From contig OZ024750.1 of the NCBI GenBank assembly GCA_964016885.1, positions 21,700,001-21,764,000 on the forward strand: DNA of 64,000 nt, in the 5' to 3' direction. The notes beneath the pieces are model-generated. The model was not told the DNA's origin and searched no databases. It saw only the letters and a program-made list of their open reading frames with translations. The translations under genes were made by a program, and so were the position numbers. Positions 15,026-27,520 of this stretch are shown in pieces. Each line of letters starts with the position of its first letter. Position 1 is the first letter of the stretch. Source of the stretch: Eledone cirrhosa (lineage: Eukaryota).

Positions 15026-15445
15026 ATTATATCTAAATAAAGGGTGGTGAATTGGCAGTATCGGTAGAGGGTTGGACGCCATGCTTTCTAGCAGAGTTAC
15101 ATCCCTTTACAGTCTGAGTTCAAATCCCGCCGAGGTTAACTTTGCCTTTCATCCTTACGGGGTCGATAAAATAAAGTACCACTAATGCACTGGGTAATTG
15201 CTGGCCTTGTGCCTAAAGTAGAAACAATTATATCTAAATAAAGGCCGGTGGATTGGCAGTATCGGTAGAGGGTCGGACGCTATGCTTTGACGCATAGAGT
15301 TACGGCCCTTGCCATTCTGAGTTCGAATCCCGCCGAGGTTAACCTTGCCTTTCATCCTTACGGGGTCGATAAAATAAAGTACCAGTAATACACTGGGATG
15401 ATTGCTGGCCTAGTGCCAAAAAATAGAAACAATTATATCTAAATA
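15026..15445 (+). mobile_element. Two diverged SINE S1 copies in tandem
   Basis: Two S1 matches, with ATTATATCTAAATA before, between and after them. Confidence 0.88.
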
Positions 15446-15884
15446 TATGTGAGTGTTTTTGAGCTTGTATGTATTATCTGTGAAGCATAGAATTTGCAGA
15501 GTAGTTAGTACGATGGATAGAATGTTTTGAAGCATTCGTTCCGGGACTCTGTGTTCTGAGTTCAAATCACGCCGAGGTCAACTTTGTCTTTCATCCTTTT
15601 GATGTCGATAAACAAAAGTAACAAACCAGAACTGAATCTATGTTTTTCTTCTATATCTCCTCCTCACTTCCCCGATCTCTTTCTCTCTCCCTCTCTTCCT
15701 CTCTCTCTCTCTCTCTCCCTCTCTCTTTCTCTCTCTCTCCATATATATATATATATATATATAAACCGGGTGTTTAGACCTGGAGCGAGGATGCATAGTT
15801 GTATGACCTGTGTATATATGTATTCACACATGTTTTTATGTGTGAATATATCCATACAAACGCATTCATATATACTTGCAAAAG

Positions 15885-15885
15885 G

Positions 15886-15977
<92 letters not shown>

Positions 15978-16003
15978 TATATATATATATATTTATATAT
16001 ATA

Positions 16004-16048
<45 letters not shown>

Positions 16049-16157
16049 ATATTTATATATATATATATACATTTATATATATATATATTTACATTTATAT
16101 ATATATATATATTTACATTTATATATATATATATTTATATATATATACATTTATATT

Positions 16158-16191
<34 letters not shown>

Positions 16192-16316
16192 CATTTATAT
16201 ATATATATATATATATATACATTTATATATATATATATTTATATATATATATATATATACATTTATATATATATATATTTACATTTATATATATATATAT
16301 ATTTATATATATATAC

Positions 16317-16362
<46 letters not shown>

Positions 16363-16428
16363 TTCTTTATATATATATACATTTCTTTATATATATATAT
16401 ACATTTCTTTATATATATATATACATTT

Positions 16429-16482
<54 letters not shown>

Positions 16483-16503
16483 TTCTTTTTATATATATAT
16501 GTG

Positions 16504-16536
<33 letters not shown>

Positions 16537-16545
16537 TTATGTATG
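15885..16545. repeat. Long compound (TA)n microsatellite
   Basis: Seen directly. Similar blocks at 11130-11425, 12600-13530, 18290-18835, 26183-27000, 30320-31530, 45830-46480, 53520-54140, 54880-55640 and 59320-61430 explain the YIYI/CVCV ORFs. Confidence 0.98.
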
Positions 16546-17533
16546 TATAAAGAAATATTTCGTATCTCTCAGCTTCATTAATATAATTTTTTTTTTTAAT
16601 TATTAGTAATGAACTTCGTCGGACAGGATTGGATAGCGATCATATATGTTGTGTGCATGCATATATGTTTGTGTGTGTGTATATATATATATATATGTGT
16701 GTGTATGTGTGTGTGTGCATGTTTAGTGAATCCTATAGATCTCAGTATGTAATTTATTGATCGGTATTTGTTGACCTACCTAGCTACCAAATCATTGTAA
16801 ACGCTGATATTGATGGCCTGACAGACACTTGTGTGTTATGTAGCAAATACATGTATTTATGTATGTATGTCGAACTTCTGCTTTATCAGCTATATAACAT
16901 TTCTGAATATGCGAACTTCATGAAATTCTATCGGAACAGCCTTCTCGTGAAATTAACGTGCAAGTGGCTGAGCACTCACCAGATATGTGTGCCCTTAACA
17001 TATATCTCGGGATGATGCAGTATGACACAATCTGTTACAAGAATGACCATTTCAATTGCAGCCTGAACATTTTATATTTTCCACTCGAATTTCAACAGCG
17101 CTACATATTGTCTTGGTCAAGTATACCCCAAGCTGCTCGGAATCGAACTTAAGACCTTATGATCGTGAGGCGAACATCCTAACGACTAAGCCATGCTCCT
17201 TCACTAAAACATGTCTATATTATAAAGATAATTCTATTTGGCTTTGTAGCATCTCTAATCTCTTCTATATAGGGTGCATCACAAGGTATTATATTTATAG
17301 TAGTTTGGCCTTGATGAATAAAATCTCTATTTTGTTAAGCCGTACTTTGTTTCTAGAAACAAACAAAAAGAAACTATAAACGCCGAATTAACAGACTCAT
17401 TAACTGCTTAATGAACACAACCACTAGGATGGATAATAATGGGAGAGCTCAAACGACATGCAAAAGTACCTGAAATCCAACCACAGTCGGCTATTGGCAC
17501 ATATTCTTCATTGACCATACTTTAATATGGAAT

Positions 17534-17803
17534 GATACGCGATGCCCCCCCCCCCTCCCACAGCCCCGGCGGACAGGAGGGAGAAGGCGTTTCCCCGGAA
17601 GACGGCAAGGGAGACGCGCTGGAAAAGCCACTCCAACTCGCGGGGGTTACACCTGTGGCTGGCCAGCTCAGCGCCTATGGTGGTGAGTAGGGAGGTAGCC
17701 CTAGGGCTGAGGACACCAGAAGTCTCCACTGCCAGGGGTACAACCGCAAACCTGTCGGAGAACGACCGGTATTTGAGGAGTTTGGCCACCTCAGCCCGAC
17801 GTG
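17534..17803 (-). mobile_element. CRE-like non-LTR retrotransposon 3' fragment (restriction-like endonuclease C-terminus)
   Basis: GC-rich island translating RRAEVAKLLKYRSFSDRFAVVPLAVETSG...WLFQRVSLAVFRGNA. Confidence 0.8.
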
Positions 17804-18286
17804 TTTATATTAAAGTATTTCCAGGTTGGATTAAATATGAGATTTGAATTTAACACTAAATTATTATAGTTCATATCACACATTATTATATGGCTTCGCT
17901 TTCAGGAATTCAACGACTGAGAATAGTTTTATGTTTTCTGTGTTTACTGGGTGTTTTATTTTTAAATGCAATTCACTCGAAACTTTTTTCTGATTCTCCT
18001 TCTCAATCAAAGTTTGCATGATGTCAATTTAAATGTTTTGTGTATTAATCATTTAAGTATGTTATAGGCTACATTAAGGAAAGTAAATTTTAAGGTTGCT
18101 GTTCTAATGTATTTTTTCATAATATTGGTATCACCTAAGTAGTCATCAATAGCTCCACAGGTGTGTTGATGTTTTAAATACCGCTTAAAACATTATTGTT
18201 TAGGATCATTCATATATTAAAATTTATATATTTTCTGATGTTTGTTAAAAGTATTACGGTCAGTGAAAATAACTGTATGAGTATAC

Positions 18287-18330
<44 letters not shown>

Positions 18331-18592
18331 TATTATATATATATATTATATGTATATATGTATATATGTATATATATATGTATATATGTATATACATATG
18401 TATATATGTATGTTATATATGTATATATATATATATGTGTGTGTATGTGTGTGTATTATATGTATATGTATATATATGTATATTATATATAGATATATAT
18501 GTATATTATATATATATGTATATATATATATGTGTACATTAAATGTATATATATATGTATATTATATATATATATATATGTATATATGTGTT

Positions 18593-18647
<55 letters not shown>

Positions 18648-18699
18648 TATGTATATATGTGTTTATTATATATATATGTTTATGTATATATGTGTTTAT

Positions 18700-18730
<31 letters not shown>

Positions 18731-18835
18731 GTGTGTATATATATATATATATATGTATATGTATATATATGTTTAATATATATATATATATATATTTATT
18801 TATATATACATATACATATATATATGTATATATAA

Positions 18836-19025
18836 TATAGAAGTGGCTTCTACGGGACTAGAACTGTTTCATTCGAACGAAATCACAGGAAACCCAACTG
18901 TAATTGCAATATGTTTGCATTCATGTTTTCTCGTGGTTGGGGTAGGTGGTTATTTTGGGGATGGGTAGAGGTCGTTGGGTGAGAGATTTAAAGAACAGGG
19001 TTTCTTTGAAAAAATTATTTTTAGA
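18836..19025 (-). mobile_element. Family-B Penelope-like terminal fragment with damaged hammerhead
   Basis: Homologous to 21050-21110. Minus strand reads TTC-CTG(-)TGA-TTTCGTTCGAAT-GAAAC..GTA-GAAGC with one core A missing. Bounded by (TA)n. Confidence 0.65.
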
Positions 19026-19165
19026 AATATATATATATATATATATATATTAATAAAAGGAATTCCAATTTTGTCTGATTTACTCGTTTTATTTACAATC
19101 CTTTAAAATTATAATGGTATTAGAATGAAATAGTATGGTAGAATATATAAATGTTAAGTGTTAAT

Positions 19166-19204
19166 TGAACAAGTACTTTCATGCTTTCGCAATCTTCAGG
19201 TTCA
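19166..19204 (-). ncRNA. Minimal type-I hammerhead ribozyme motif
   Basis: Minus strand UGAAC-CUGAAGA-U UGC GAAA GCA U-GAAA-GUAC-UU-GUUCA: 5-bp stem I, GNRA-capped stem II, palindromic AGUACU stem III, CUU cleavage triplet. Manual fold. Confidence 0.75.
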
Positions 19205-19603
19205 TATTCTGTGGTGACAGTCAAGTTTGCAATTTTCAACTGTAATGAGATGGGTAAATTTTGTGCCTTATATACAGTGAAAAGCGGCTACAGAATGCTA
19301 AGTTTTGCAAACCAATCGGTGTGTAGTTTCACTGGATTACTAAAGCTGATTGGTTTAGGCGTCACGGTTGGTTGAGCATGTCTAACGACTTCTATTTGTC
19401 CCTATCCAAAGCATCAATTGTTTTGCTATTTTTAGAAATGATGAAAATGGCATTTTGTAGGGTTTTTATAAAAAGTCTTCAGCAATCATCACCATCAACA
19501 TCACTTTTATTATTATTATTGTTGTTGTTGTTGTTGTTGTTAGTGGTGGTAGTCGACATGGTCGTAGGCGTAGTCATAGTAGGAGTAATACCCCTAAGCA
19601 TTA

Positions 19604-20880
19604 TTATTGTTCATTTAGCTTGGGTTGGAATTTATCAATAAAATTATTTTCTTTAATTTTTCTCTTGATTTCACTTGGGCTGTGTAATTTGTAGAATTAT
19701 AAATATTTTATAGAATTATAATATTTTATATAAATATTATAAATATATTTTCTGACCACATCTTACTAGATGGTTACTCAGGGGTATCTGACGGACATTT
19801 GGGTCTCTGATTTGTTGTCGGTGCACCCGTGCACGTTCCGATAGTGCATTTCCAGTTTGACCGACATATAGTTCTTCACAATTCGGGCATTTAATGCAGT
19901 AAATTAGATTTCTGCTTTTGCAGTTCATATTTGCATTTGGGAATATTTTTCCAGTTTTTGTGTTCATATATTGACCGGTGTGTATGGATTGACATGTGCC
20001 ACATCGACTATCATTGCATTTAGATACAGTGAATAATTGGTCTTTGTTGTTAAGGTCAAACTTTGCCTTTGTTAGTAATTGCTTCAAATTTTTCGGCTGT
20101 CTTTTACTAAGAGTCAAAGATTGGTCTGCGATTAAGCCTTTTAATTCATTAGTTTGAGCAATGATCGGTAGGTTTGCTTTGGCAGTGTTGAAGATATTCT
20201 GGTGACATGAGTTGTGTGTCATTATAAATGGTATAACCAGTTCTTGGTTTCTTCTTCCTTGGGTTGTCCTAAGTTGTTGTATAGGTATTTTTATGGCCCG
20301 CTGTATGCCATTTTCTATAAGTAGAGATGGGTATTTTTGTTTGAGCAAAAATTCTCTCAGTTCTGTTAGGCGTTTGTTCCTGGTATTCGTATCTTCTACA
20401 ATGGTACAAATTCTTCTGGCTAGGCAGTATGGGATGTTGCGTTTTGTATGAGGTGGATGGCACGACTTAAAATTCAGATATTGATTGGTGTCTGTGTGTT
20501 TATAATATATATCCGTGGTAAAGGTGGTGTCGTTTTTGATTACCATTATATCTAGGAATGGTAATTTGGTACCACTCATCTCTTTTGTGAATTGGAGAGA
20601 TGGGTGTAGGTTATTCAGGAGGATATTGAACTCATCCAGAGTATCTATAGATTCTGTCCAGATGATGAAACAGTCGTCAAGGTATCTCTTCCAAGACTTT
20701 TCAATGTACTTTCTAAATTCAGAGCTATATTTTTCCTCTATTTCTTGGTAGAGTTGTTCTAAGTATCCCATTACAGAGTTCGCGTAAACGGGAGCAAACT
20801 TCGTTACCATTGCTGTGCCTCTAATTTGGATGTAATTCTTTCCATTGAAGAAGAAAGTGTTGTTTTCCAGAATAAGTTTG
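19604..20880 (-). pseudogene. Penelope-like RT / Cys-rich linker / GIY-YIG endonuclease, disrupted
   Basis: NNTFFFNGKNYIQIRGTAM; WKRYLDDCF; LPFLDI; TDIYYKHTD..YL...SCHP; linker CNDSRCGTC; LIYCIKCPNCEELYVGQTG..R..H. After a frameshift near 19737 it continues FYKLHSPSEIKRKIKENNFIDKFQPKLNEQ*. Confidence 0.92.
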
Positions 20881-21001
20881 ACTTAAACTTTTGTATACGC
20901 TTATGCCCGAAATGTCACCCTCCCACCCACCCGCCCACTCTCAAGTGTGAACCTAATACCTAACACCTTTCGTAACTGTACTCTTTGTTGTTATTTACTT
21001 T

Positions 21002-21358
<357 letters not shown>

Positions 21359-21360
21359 TT

Positions 21361-21424
<64 letters not shown>

Positions 21425-22005
21425 TTTGTGTGTGTGTGTGTGTTTGTGTGTGTTTGTGTGTGTGTGTGTGTGTATATACTTGAAAAAGATGGAAAACAGA
21501 GAGAGATATATATAAATATTTTAACATATACAGTTTTGAATTATAAATCCACGGCCTTTTCAGAACGTTTATTCTGAAAACGGTTAACGTCGCCATAATT
21601 ATGATTCACTCACATTGTATTAAATGAAGGATCTTGCTGGAAGCTTACATGATATTCCAGTCTATGTTACTATTGTAGATTTTACAAAGAAGCTATGACT
21701 TTGCCTGTTGAGCAGCTGAATATTCTGTTCACTGCTTCAGAGCAGTTAATCATTCGGTGTCAGCTTCGACAGGAAAATTATTTTTAAACAGTATAAACAT
21801 CATTGCAGCTGCTTAGCTTATGTATGTATATATGTATATATGTATGTATAAATTGAAAAAATGAAATTTCATTTCTCACTCTTAGTACGGCTGATACTTA
21901 AATATAAGATGTACATATATATATATCTATACAGACGTACAGTAGTATGTATATACATACATACATGCACACACATATATATATATATATATAGGAACCA
22001 GTAAG

Positions 22006-22099
22006 ACCCCGACAGCTGAGCTCAAGCCGTTTCGACGGCTAATTCTGGACTAAATGAAAATTTATCCTGGTATTTAAATAGCCGATCTTCTCAAGGGGT
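22006..22099 (-). ncRNA. Type-I hammerhead ribozyme motif, U3-A8 core variant (left arm)
   Basis: Reverse complement of 23282-23375. Confidence 0.7.
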
Positions 22100-23281
22100 A
22101 ATTCCATATATGGTCAAAGTGATTGTCAAAAATCAGTAGTAATTCTGTGGTTGCAAATTAGTAGGGGAGATGGTGGCTAAACCTGCCAGTAGGAGAAAGA
22201 GGGGAGGGGGTGGAGTAGCCCCAATCAAGCGTTTGTAGTGCCAGCTACAGCTGGGCATGAGGTCAAAGAAGATACAGGGGAGGGGGAGGGGGAAGAAGTC
22301 GGAACGGTAGGTAGAACAATGGGGGGTAAAAATATATATGAAAGAAAAAATACTGAGAGTGAAGAAAAGCAAATAAGTGTAAAGAAAAACAAATGAGTGT
22401 AAAGAAAAAAGTAAAGTAAATTAAATTCTACGACCTAGGTCTCTAGCTATTGTTAGGCTAGAATAAATAAATAAATAAAGAAAGAAAGAAAGTAAAGAAA
22501 GAAATAAAGAAATAACGAAATAAGTAAAAGAACTAGGTGGGACGGAATAGGCGAGGACCCTTTTAAGAGGTATAAGTACGTAAATGATACGGTGACGGGT
22601 CAATAAAAGGGGCCAAAATACTAAAGAGACTACCACGAAATAAACAATAAAGGTTTCCATCCCGGGCACAATTCCAGCAACCACCCAGTGCAGCAAAGTG
22701 AACTAATACGAGATAATAATTCTGAGTCCCGAGAAAAATATATACTAATGCTAACTCTAAAAGATCTAAAACAAGCTACATGAAAATTCGTACGAAGTAA
22801 AGGTAGAATACGGAAGAATAAATTCAGAATCCACCCCGCCCAAAAGAAAAGCGAAGAAAGAAATACTGAAACGAAAAAATAAGGCATAAGTGCCACTAAG
22901 AAATATAGAGGGCACAGAGAATAGTGGGAGCGGTCGGAAAAAGGGGACAAGTATCCGGGGTCTAAACCAACTGCTATAAAGGGCTCATTTGTTTTTCTTT
23001 ACACTTATTTGCTTTTCTTCACTCTCAGTATTTTTTCTTTCCTATATATTTCTACCCCGCATTGTTCTACCTACCGTTCCGACTTCTTCCCCCTCCCCCT
23101 CCCCTGTATCTTCTTTGACCTCATGCCCAGCTGTAGCTGGCACTACAAACGCTTGATTGGGGCTACTCCACCCCCTCCCCTCTTTCTCCTACTGGCAGGT
23201 TTAGCCACCATCTCCCCTACTAATTTGCAACCACAGAATTACTACTGATTTTTGACAATCACTTTGACCATATATGGAATT

Positions 23282-23375
23282 ACCCCTTGAGAAGATCGGC
23301 TATTTAAATACCAGGATAAATTTTCATTTAGTCCAGAATTAGCCGTCGAAACGGCTTGAGCTCAGCTGTCGGGGT
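23282..23375 (+). ncRNA. Type-I hammerhead ribozyme motif, U3-A8 core variant (right arm)
   Basis: ACCCC-UUGAGAA-GA(U)CGGCUA..loop..UAGCCGUC-GAA-ACGGC-UUGAGCUCA-GCUGU-C-GGGGU. All three stems form; predicted GUC cleavage after 23370. Manual fold. Confidence 0.72.
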
Positions 23376-23963
23376 CTTACTGGTTCCTATTACCCACTCT
23401 ACTACCTCAAGTATTGAGTACTTTGGTGCGTTATGGTCCACCTGGTTCCTTACCACATTTCCTTCGTTATATATATATATATATATATGTACGTATGGGT
23501 TTACCGAACATTCATTATAATGCTCGTTTTTTTTTGTAAACAAACAGCCCGAATTATTAGCTGTACAGTGTTCGGCAACCATCGTTGCCATTTTATTCAA
23601 CACTGACATGTATATATATATATATAGAGAGAGAGAGATAGATAGATAGATATAGATATATATATACAAATAAAATACAGAGTTATTAACTCATATTGAT
23701 ACCCTGCAATTAACAAGCTCAAAGTATAAATACTGAGAATTATATAATGATATATGTAGAAATAAACAGTAGATCCCGTGTCTAAATTTATTTAGTAATT
23801 TTAGACATGAATATCGGCAGTATAATTTTATGTTTATTTAAACGAGTCTTAAATTTATTCAGAAGACGCAATGATTCTAAATGTTGTTTTTGCTAAGACT
23901 TTGATTCCTTGTGATATAAATATAATTGATACTATATAATATTTTGCTTTTATTTATTTTTAG

Positions 23964-24089
23964 AGCCCTATGACTACCCAGCTTGGTGTTTGATCCTTGT
24001 ATTCAGCGTTCATGCAACAGGAGCGTCCATTTTTATTTTCGAGTGGCTCAGTCCATTCGGACTGCATCAAGGAAAAACCCCTATCCGAG
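23964..24089 (+). CDS. Nmdar2: Next coding exon of the same NMDA receptor gene (pre-M1 and transmembrane helix M1)
   Basis: ttttattttTAG acceptor. Phase 1 joins the previous exon to give SPTAFL-E-PYDYPAWCLILVFSVHATGASIFIFEWLSPFGLHQGKTPIR (SPTAFLEP..W and FEW.SP are NR2 hallmarks). Donor GAG|GTAACT. Not in the supplied ORF track. Implied intron is about 21 kb; no further exon recognised in the remaining 40 kb. Confidence 0.92.
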
Positions 24090-24340
24090 GTAACTGAGGT
24101 AAATTTTGAATCCTCGATAAATGCCCGTATGTAACTAACGGCTGGTTATACACACACAATATTTTTTTTTAAATGATATATTTTACATTACATACACATA
24201 ATTCATGTACTTGTATGTATGTATATTTGTACATACATACGCGCACACATATACATGCACACACAAAAATGTAATTAAATATCTACATATTTATGTGAGT
24301 GATTTTGTACATATACATATAAAATTAATATTTATTTGAA

Positions 24341-24390
<50 letters not shown>

Positions 24391-25874
24391 TCATTAAATT
24401 ATTTAGCAGTCTGTCTGTGTGTCTGTCTGTGTGTATGCAGGATATCCGTGGTCAAGGAAAACAATGGTCAATCTATTGCAGGAGAGCTTATTTAGTATGT
24501 TTAAAGTTTTATACTCTTAACATACTATATGTGTGTGTGTCTGCGTGTGGGTGGGTGTGTGTGTGGGGGGGGGGTATGCATGTGTATGTGTGTATATATA
24601 TATATATGAGGGGACATAGAGATAATCGATTTGGTGCATGAGCAGGCGGTTAGTCCAACGGGCGTGATCGGACATCATTTTAGGAGAAGGAAAATTAATG
24701 TAAAACACGTGACTCGATAACAGCCAATGATGTTGACCTGTTCTTTTTTTTCTTTTTTTTATTTCGTTTGGTTACTGTCACCGTTTTACAGAAATTGTGA
24801 TTGGTCCAGTGCCAAGCCTTTATTCATATATAAAAACTTCATTCGCAGACTTTACCTGATCTAAACGACTTCACATGTATGACGTCAGCATAGCTTTTTC
24901 TGTTTTATTTCGCTGCAGTATATGCAGAAAGAAATCTTGCTCTTTAGCAGAACTAAAAGGCCAAGTTCTGACGCCTGAGCAGTGGTGGAATTGGTAGACC
25001 ATTGGGTAAAATGGCATTGGGGCATTTGTTCTATTTCTTTAGGTTCTAAGTTCAAATCCCACCGAGGTCAGCTTTTATTCATCAGGTTTGGCAAAATAAG
25101 ATACCAATCCAGTTCTGGGATTGATTTACTATATTTTGCCCTACCTCTAAATTTTTTTTTTTTTTTTTTTTTGGCCTTGTGCCTCAATCGGAAATCAATA
25201 ATATGCAAGACTGTTTATACCCATCACTGTCTTCATTATTCTCAGACATAAGTTATCACTGTGGTGTATACCTGCCAACTCTAGTGTCTATTAAGCAACA
25301 CTCACATTATGTACTTATACCCCATTTACAAATAATTAGAGCCTTTGTGAATTATCTAGTGACGCTCGAAAACACCATTTATAATGCCATCTTGTGATGA
25401 GGTACCTTATAACTATTGTGCCTTGAACTACTTCGGTTCTAACCGTTTTTATCTACCCTGACATATTTAAGGAATGAACTCGGTACTAGGCTTACGCATT
25501 TCATCCACAAATATTTTTATCGTTAAATCTTTTCAAAATTCAAGAATATAACTTAATTCTTCATTGTTAAAATATATCATTTAATACAATACAAAACAAA
25601 AAACATCAAGTAACATACTCAGTTATTTCCCTTGGTCGATCAAGTCTAGAAATTTCTCTCCATTTTGTTATATTTATTCAATGCAGTTTATTTTTCTGTG
25701 TTACTGTTATTCTTCTTTTTCGTATTTTAACTCATAAGAATATCATTGAAATCTATCTGAATTTACTAATCAGATCATTTACAGTGTTAAATGTTCGTGT
25801 ATTTCTTTTGATACGAAATCTTTCTTATTTATCTTTTTCTTTACACTCTCTCATTTCTCTTTCTCAAACAGAAT

Positions 25875-25932
<58 letters not shown>

Positions 25933-26191
25933 TCTTCTTCTTCTTCTCTAATTCTCTCTCTCTCTCTCTCTTCTTCTCTAATTCTCTCTCTCTCACTCTC
26001 TCTTCTCTTCTGTCTCTCTCTCGGCTTATTTTACGTCTCGCTTGCTCCCAACCTCGCTGATCTTTTTGTTTCTCTCTTCTTTCATTCTATTTATTTATCT
26101 ACTTATATGTATGTGTGTGTGTGTGTATGTGTAACTGTGTGCATGTATGTATGTGTATATATTTGTATGTGTAGGTCTCAAATTATATATA

Positions 26192-26257
<66 letters not shown>

Positions 26258-26563
26258 GGTATATATATGTATATATATATATAAATATGTAGGTATATAT
26301 ATGTATATATATATATAAATATGTAGGTATATATATATGTATATATATATATATGTAGGTATATATATGTATATATATATATATATGTGTAGGTATATAT
26401 ATGTATATATATATATGTAGGTATATATATATGTATATATATATATATATGTAGGTATATATATGTATATATATATATATGTAGGTATATATATGTATAT
26501 ATATATATATATATGTAGGTATATATACGTATATATATATATATATATGTAGGTATATATATG

Positions 26564-26594
<31 letters not shown>

Positions 26595-26628
26595 AGGTAA
26601 ATATATGTGTATATATATATATATATGT

Positions 26629-26663
<35 letters not shown>

Positions 26664-26794
26664 GGTATATATTTATATATATGTAGGTATATATATATAT
26701 ATATATGTAGGTATATATATATATATGTAGGTATATATATATATATATATATATATATGTAGGTGTATATATATATATATATATATATATGTAG

Positions 26795-26858
<64 letters not shown>

Positions 26859-26860
26859 GT

Positions 26861-26900
<40 letters not shown>

Positions 26901-26919
26901 TATACATACATAGATATAT

Positions 26920-26967
<48 letters not shown>

Positions 26968-27520
26968 AGATATATACACACATATATATGTGTGTGTTTA
27001 TAACGACCTTCATATTAAGATGTGTTTGCATCATTTTTTCCAATCACTCACCAAATGAAAATGAAAATGACAACGAGATTAACGTAGATTTTCTAGTCAA
27101 TTTGATGTCAACTTAAGCAGTTTCTCTGTTGTTCTTACTCCTGTTGTTGTTGATTTTGTTTTTGACGATGTCATTGATGTTGTTGTCGCTGCTCTTGTAT
27201 TGTTTCATGAACTTGATGCTTTTTTGGTGTTGTTATTGATGTTATCGTTGTGGCTGTTTTGTGACTCCTCTTGGTATTGTCGGTGTCATTGCTCTTGTTA
27301 TGACTGTGTTGTGGCTTCTTTTGGTATTGTCGATGTTATTGCTATTGTTGCGGCTGCGTTGTCACTTATCTTGGTGTTGTAGATGTCACTGCTGTCGTTT
27401 TTAATGTTGATATTGCTGTTGTTACTATTGTTTGTAGTTGTTTTCGTTTTTGTTTTGTTTTTTTTTGTTAATGCCGTTGTTGTTGGTGTTATTGCTGTTG
27501 TTGTGGATGGATTGTGGCTT

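Larger units (their letters stand above)
19050..20882 (-). mobile_element. Penelope-like retroelement relic, probably Neptune clade (5'-truncated)
   Basis: RT plus GIY-YIG coding remnant followed by a 3' region containing a hammerhead motif and ending in (TA)n. Confidence 0.88.
21991..23469. mobile_element. Family-A non-coding Penelope-like fold-back element in (TA)n; 407-bp inverted repeats (21991-22397 / 22984-23390) plus 79-nt tail
   Basis: Arms nearly identical (mirror ORFs 22133-22372 and 23009-23248 differ at two residues); both ends abut (TA)n; each arm carries a hammerhead motif. Confidence 0.88.

Noticed and set aside
15584-16606. Long [12 protein letters not shown] ORFs here and throughout (e.g. 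30203-31534, 45506-46568, 59227-61569)
   Set aside because: Stop-free translations of dinucleotide microsatellites.
22133-23248. Twin 79-aa ORFs on opposite strands
   Set aside because: Consequence of the inverted repeat; no recognisable domain and only alternative start codons.
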